Source of the DNA: a bacterium
Lineage (GTDB): Bacteria > Patescibacteriota > Dojkabacteria > JAKAPS01 > JAJZLI01
Length of the DNA stretch: 55,633 nt
Assembly (NCBI GenBank): GCA_027371855.1
Contig: DAHXLB010000026.1
Span: 1-55,633, forward strand
Reading direction: 5' to 3'
The notes below the pieces were generated by a model. That model did not search any database. It was not told the origin of the DNA and saw only the letters and a program-made list of their open reading frames with translations. A program made the position numbers and the translations under genes. Positions 53,465 through 55,633 of the stretch are shown piece by piece. The number at the start of each line of letters is the position of its first letter. The first letter of the stretch is position 1.

Positions 53465-53974
53465 TTAAGATAAACCTCTTTGTGTTTGCATATGACACAA
53501 AGCTAGAGCAACTCCATCTGCAGCATCATCTGGTTTAGGTACATCAGAAAGTCGTAATAACAATTTTAACATATTCTGTATTTGTTTTTTATCAGCAACA
53601 CCATAACCTGTTAAAGCACTTTTTACTTGCAGTGGAGTATATTGATAAACGGGAATATTTCTTTGTGCTGCAATAAGAAGTACTATCCCTTGTGATTGTC
53701 CTACCGAGATAACAGTTTTTGCATTACTATTAAAAAATACCTTTTCTAGAGATATTTCCTGAGGTTTATATAAATCAATTATCTCATTTAATTCATTATA
53801 AATTTTAAGCAGCCTTTCTTCTATATTCTCATGAGCCTTAGTTGTAATAGCTCCCCACTCCACATTATCAACCGAACTAGCATCCAATCCCTGTATAATC
53901 CCCCACCCTAGTATTGCAAACCCAGGATCTATTCCAATAATTGTTCTTTTTACATTTACATCAGTAGTATTCAT
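53465..53974 (-). CDS. ruvC: Holliday junction resolvase RuvC
   Basis: 169 aa with IIGIDPGFAILGWG, ...EKVFFN... and ...DAADGVALALCH catalytic acidic residues. Confidence 0.93.
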   Translation of the reverse strand: MNTTDVNVKRTIIGIDPGFAILGWGIIQGLDASSVDNVEWGAITTKAHENIEERLLKIYNELNEIIDLYKPQEISLEKVFFNSNAKTVISVGQSQGIVLLIAAQRNIPVYQYTPLQVKSALTGYGVADKKQIQNMLKLLLRLSDVPKPDDAADGVALALCHMQTQRGLS

Positions 53975-53979
53975 GGATT

Positions 53980-54837
53980 TTATATATTTAAATATGTATT
54001 AATAACACCATCAACAGATTCTATTGCATCAACAAAAGAATCTATTTTATCTATAACTGCAGTACCAGAATCCTCTATTTTTAACTTATTTTTAGCTACT
54101 TTTACATTTTCTATATTGTCAATCAAGTAACCTTTGTCTAAAATAATATCTCTTACCATATTTGCATTATCTTGTGTAGTATATATTCTAAATTCATTAT
54201 CTATATCAGAATATATACTAGCATCTTTGTCATATTCATAATCATATACTCCATCTATAGATAAAAGCTCTTCTTCAAAACTTAATACATCTATAATATA
54301 TTTACCATTTGCTCCACCTAGGTTTAATTTATTATTAGATTTTTTTGATTGATTATCACTGCTATTGATCTTAATGGTTATAAGTGTTAAAGGGATAAAA
54401 TCCCATGATATTGAACCCTGGGAAAGCATTTTTCCACCATTCCTTGAGACTACTTCCCTTATTTCTGCAATTAGCCTATTTTTATTTGAGGATAATCCTC
54501 TTGAGGTTTGGCAATCAATAAGTAACTCAACATTTAATTTATATCCTCCATCATCAATTGGTATATATAATACCTCATATTCAGCATCTTCTGTGTCATC
54601 ATTTACCTCTACTAAACTAGCTTTTTTTATAACACCTTCAATTGTACTTATAGGAATATTTGCTTCTCTAGCCTTATCACAAGCAAGCTTTAGAGTATAG
54701 TTATTTTTAGGATCATCACCACCAGATTTAGTAGCATTGGATATTTGAAATAAAAGTTTTGTAAATACCTTCGCTCTGGTTAGATCATTTATTCCTTTCT
54801 TTCTTTTTATTGTAGACCACTTTGAATGTCCTGACAT
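53980..54837 (-). CDS. yebC: YebC/PmpR-family transcriptional regulator (with internal insertion)
   Basis: MSGHSKWSTIKRKKG N-terminus. At 285 aa it is longer than the usual ~240-250 aa. It lies upstream of ruvC as in many bacteria. Confidence 0.88.
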   Translation of the reverse strand: MSGHSKWSTIKRKKGINDLTRAKVFTKLLFQISNATKSGGDDPKNNYTLKLACDKAREANIPISTIEGVIKKASLVEVNDDTEDAEYEVLYIPIDDGGYKLNVELLIDCQTSRGLSSNKNRLIAEIREVVSRNGGKMLSQGSISWDFIPLTLITIKINSSDNQSKKSNNKLNLGGANGKYIIDVLSFEEELLSIDGVYDYEYDKDASIYSDIDNEFRIYTTQDNANMVRDIILDKGYLIDNIENVKVAKNKLKIEDSGTAVIDKIDSFVDAIESVDGVINTYLNI

Positions 54838-54875
54838 ATCTAGAGTATCTTGATACTAATATCTTAATACTACTG

Positions 54876-54884
54876 ATTATATCA
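54876..54884 (-). promoter_or_regulatory. Extended -10 element TGATATAAT upstream of yebC-ruvCAB
   Basis: The minus strand reads TGATATAAT, 38 nt upstream of the yebC ATG. Confidence 0.4.
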
Positions 54885-54907
54885 CATCTATTACTATCAA
54901 AACTTTA

Positions 54908-55633
54908 TTATTGTATTATAAAATAATTCCAAGAGAATAAACTTGATGAAGGAGGAATTTTTGAGAAATCTATGCTAAATCCCTGAGTAGTATCTATTAC
55001 ATAAACACCCAGAGCATTCATGTTGATACCTGCAAAAGGATTTGAAGGTGTAATTAAGACTCTAGGTACAGCTGTATATGGGGTTTTAAACTGCACAACA
55101 AATTGAGTTCCACTGTTTAATGAGGATGTTCCTGTAGTAAAATTCACTACTCCCGCAACATCGGTTGAACCTGAATTTAGAGTAGCATTTGCACCTGTTC
55201 CTGAATTTGGATTTAAGGTAATGGTTGGAGTTCCTCCATTCGATATTATATTCCCTCCAATTGTTAAACTACCAGTGACCGTTAAATTATTTGTAATTGT
55301 TATGTTACCCCCAATGTCTTGTAAATCTTGAGGTAATAAACCAGAAATTTGTGATGTAATAGGACTATAGTATTCATTCTTGACTAACATCAATATCTCT
55401 CCTTTTAGATAGTTTGTACCATTATATGTAAATGTTGAAACTCCTGGTGTACTAGATGTTAGAGAATTTAGTGCCATTCCAACAACCTGCCCAGAATTAG
55501 TTGCAAGTTCTCCGTATCCAGCAAATGTAGATCCTGTGATCATAGAGCCAGTTTGTATATTTCCGTTATAGTTTGTAACCTTTACAAGAACTCTTCCTGC
55601 AAGAGCAAGTGGTAGAGAATTTGGTAGATTTTG
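54908..55633 (-). CDS. Surface/tail-fibre-like repeat protein, C-terminal part (5' end outside window)
   Basis: The frame stays open from 55543 to the window edge (QNLPNSLPLALAGRVLVKVTNYNGNIQTGSMITG...). The sequence is G/T/N/S-rich with beta-strand repeats (NITITNNLTVTGSLTIGGNIISNGG). No family was assigned with confidence. Confidence 0.6.
   Translation of the reverse strand, partial: QNLPNSLPLALAGRVLVKVTNYNGNIQTGSMITGSTFAGYGELATNSGQVVGMALNSLTSSTPGVSTFTYNGTNYLKGEILMLVKNEYYSPITSQISGLLPQDLQDIGGNITITNNLTVTGSLTIGGNIISNGGTPTITLNPNSGTGANATLNSGSTDVAGVVNFTTGTSSLNSGTQFVVQFKTPYTAVPRVLITPSNPFAGINMNALGVYVIDTTQGFSIDFSKIPPSSSLFSWNYFIIQ

Overview
AT-rich (about 30% GC by eye), very tightly packed bacterial chromosome segment. 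TGA acts as a stop codon (e.g. rsmD, rpsP), so the code is standard. The content is mostly housekeeping genes: folD-glyA-dcd-pyrG, tig-clpP, thrS, infC-rpmI-rplT-pheS-pheT, PBP1A, tyrS, recG-rsmD-rpmF-nusB-rnc-rpsP, holB-gyrB-gyrA, yebC-ruvC-ruvA-ruvB and six tRNAs. There is also a complete secretin-less type IV pilus locus (pilB-pilT-pilC, pilA, pilD, three minor pilins, a large secreted protein, an orphan receiver and pilM-N-O). Between gyrA and ruvB lies an accessory stretch (about 43.8-51.0 kb) with two PIN/antitoxin pairs, a Wzy_C-TPR membrane protein, a Xer-type recombinase, a CDGSH/FNR-like redox operon and an unusual 1-kb non-coding region. The gene content, AT richness, small protein sizes and monoderm-type pilus suggest a reduced-genome Patescibacteria/CPR-like organism; this is inference only. 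The most unusual sequence-level signal is a family of GC-rich, GATC/CTAG-containing 12-bp palindromes. They are arranged in 15-bp modules and embedded in-frame, in three different reading frames, at termini, leaders and loops of at least nine unrelated genes. One related case is a 32-bp palindrome in a minor-pilin leader. Several genes also show a promoter hexamer followed by 6 nt and then ATG, which suggests leaderless mRNAs. No CRISPR array, rRNA, transposase or recognisable defence system was seen.
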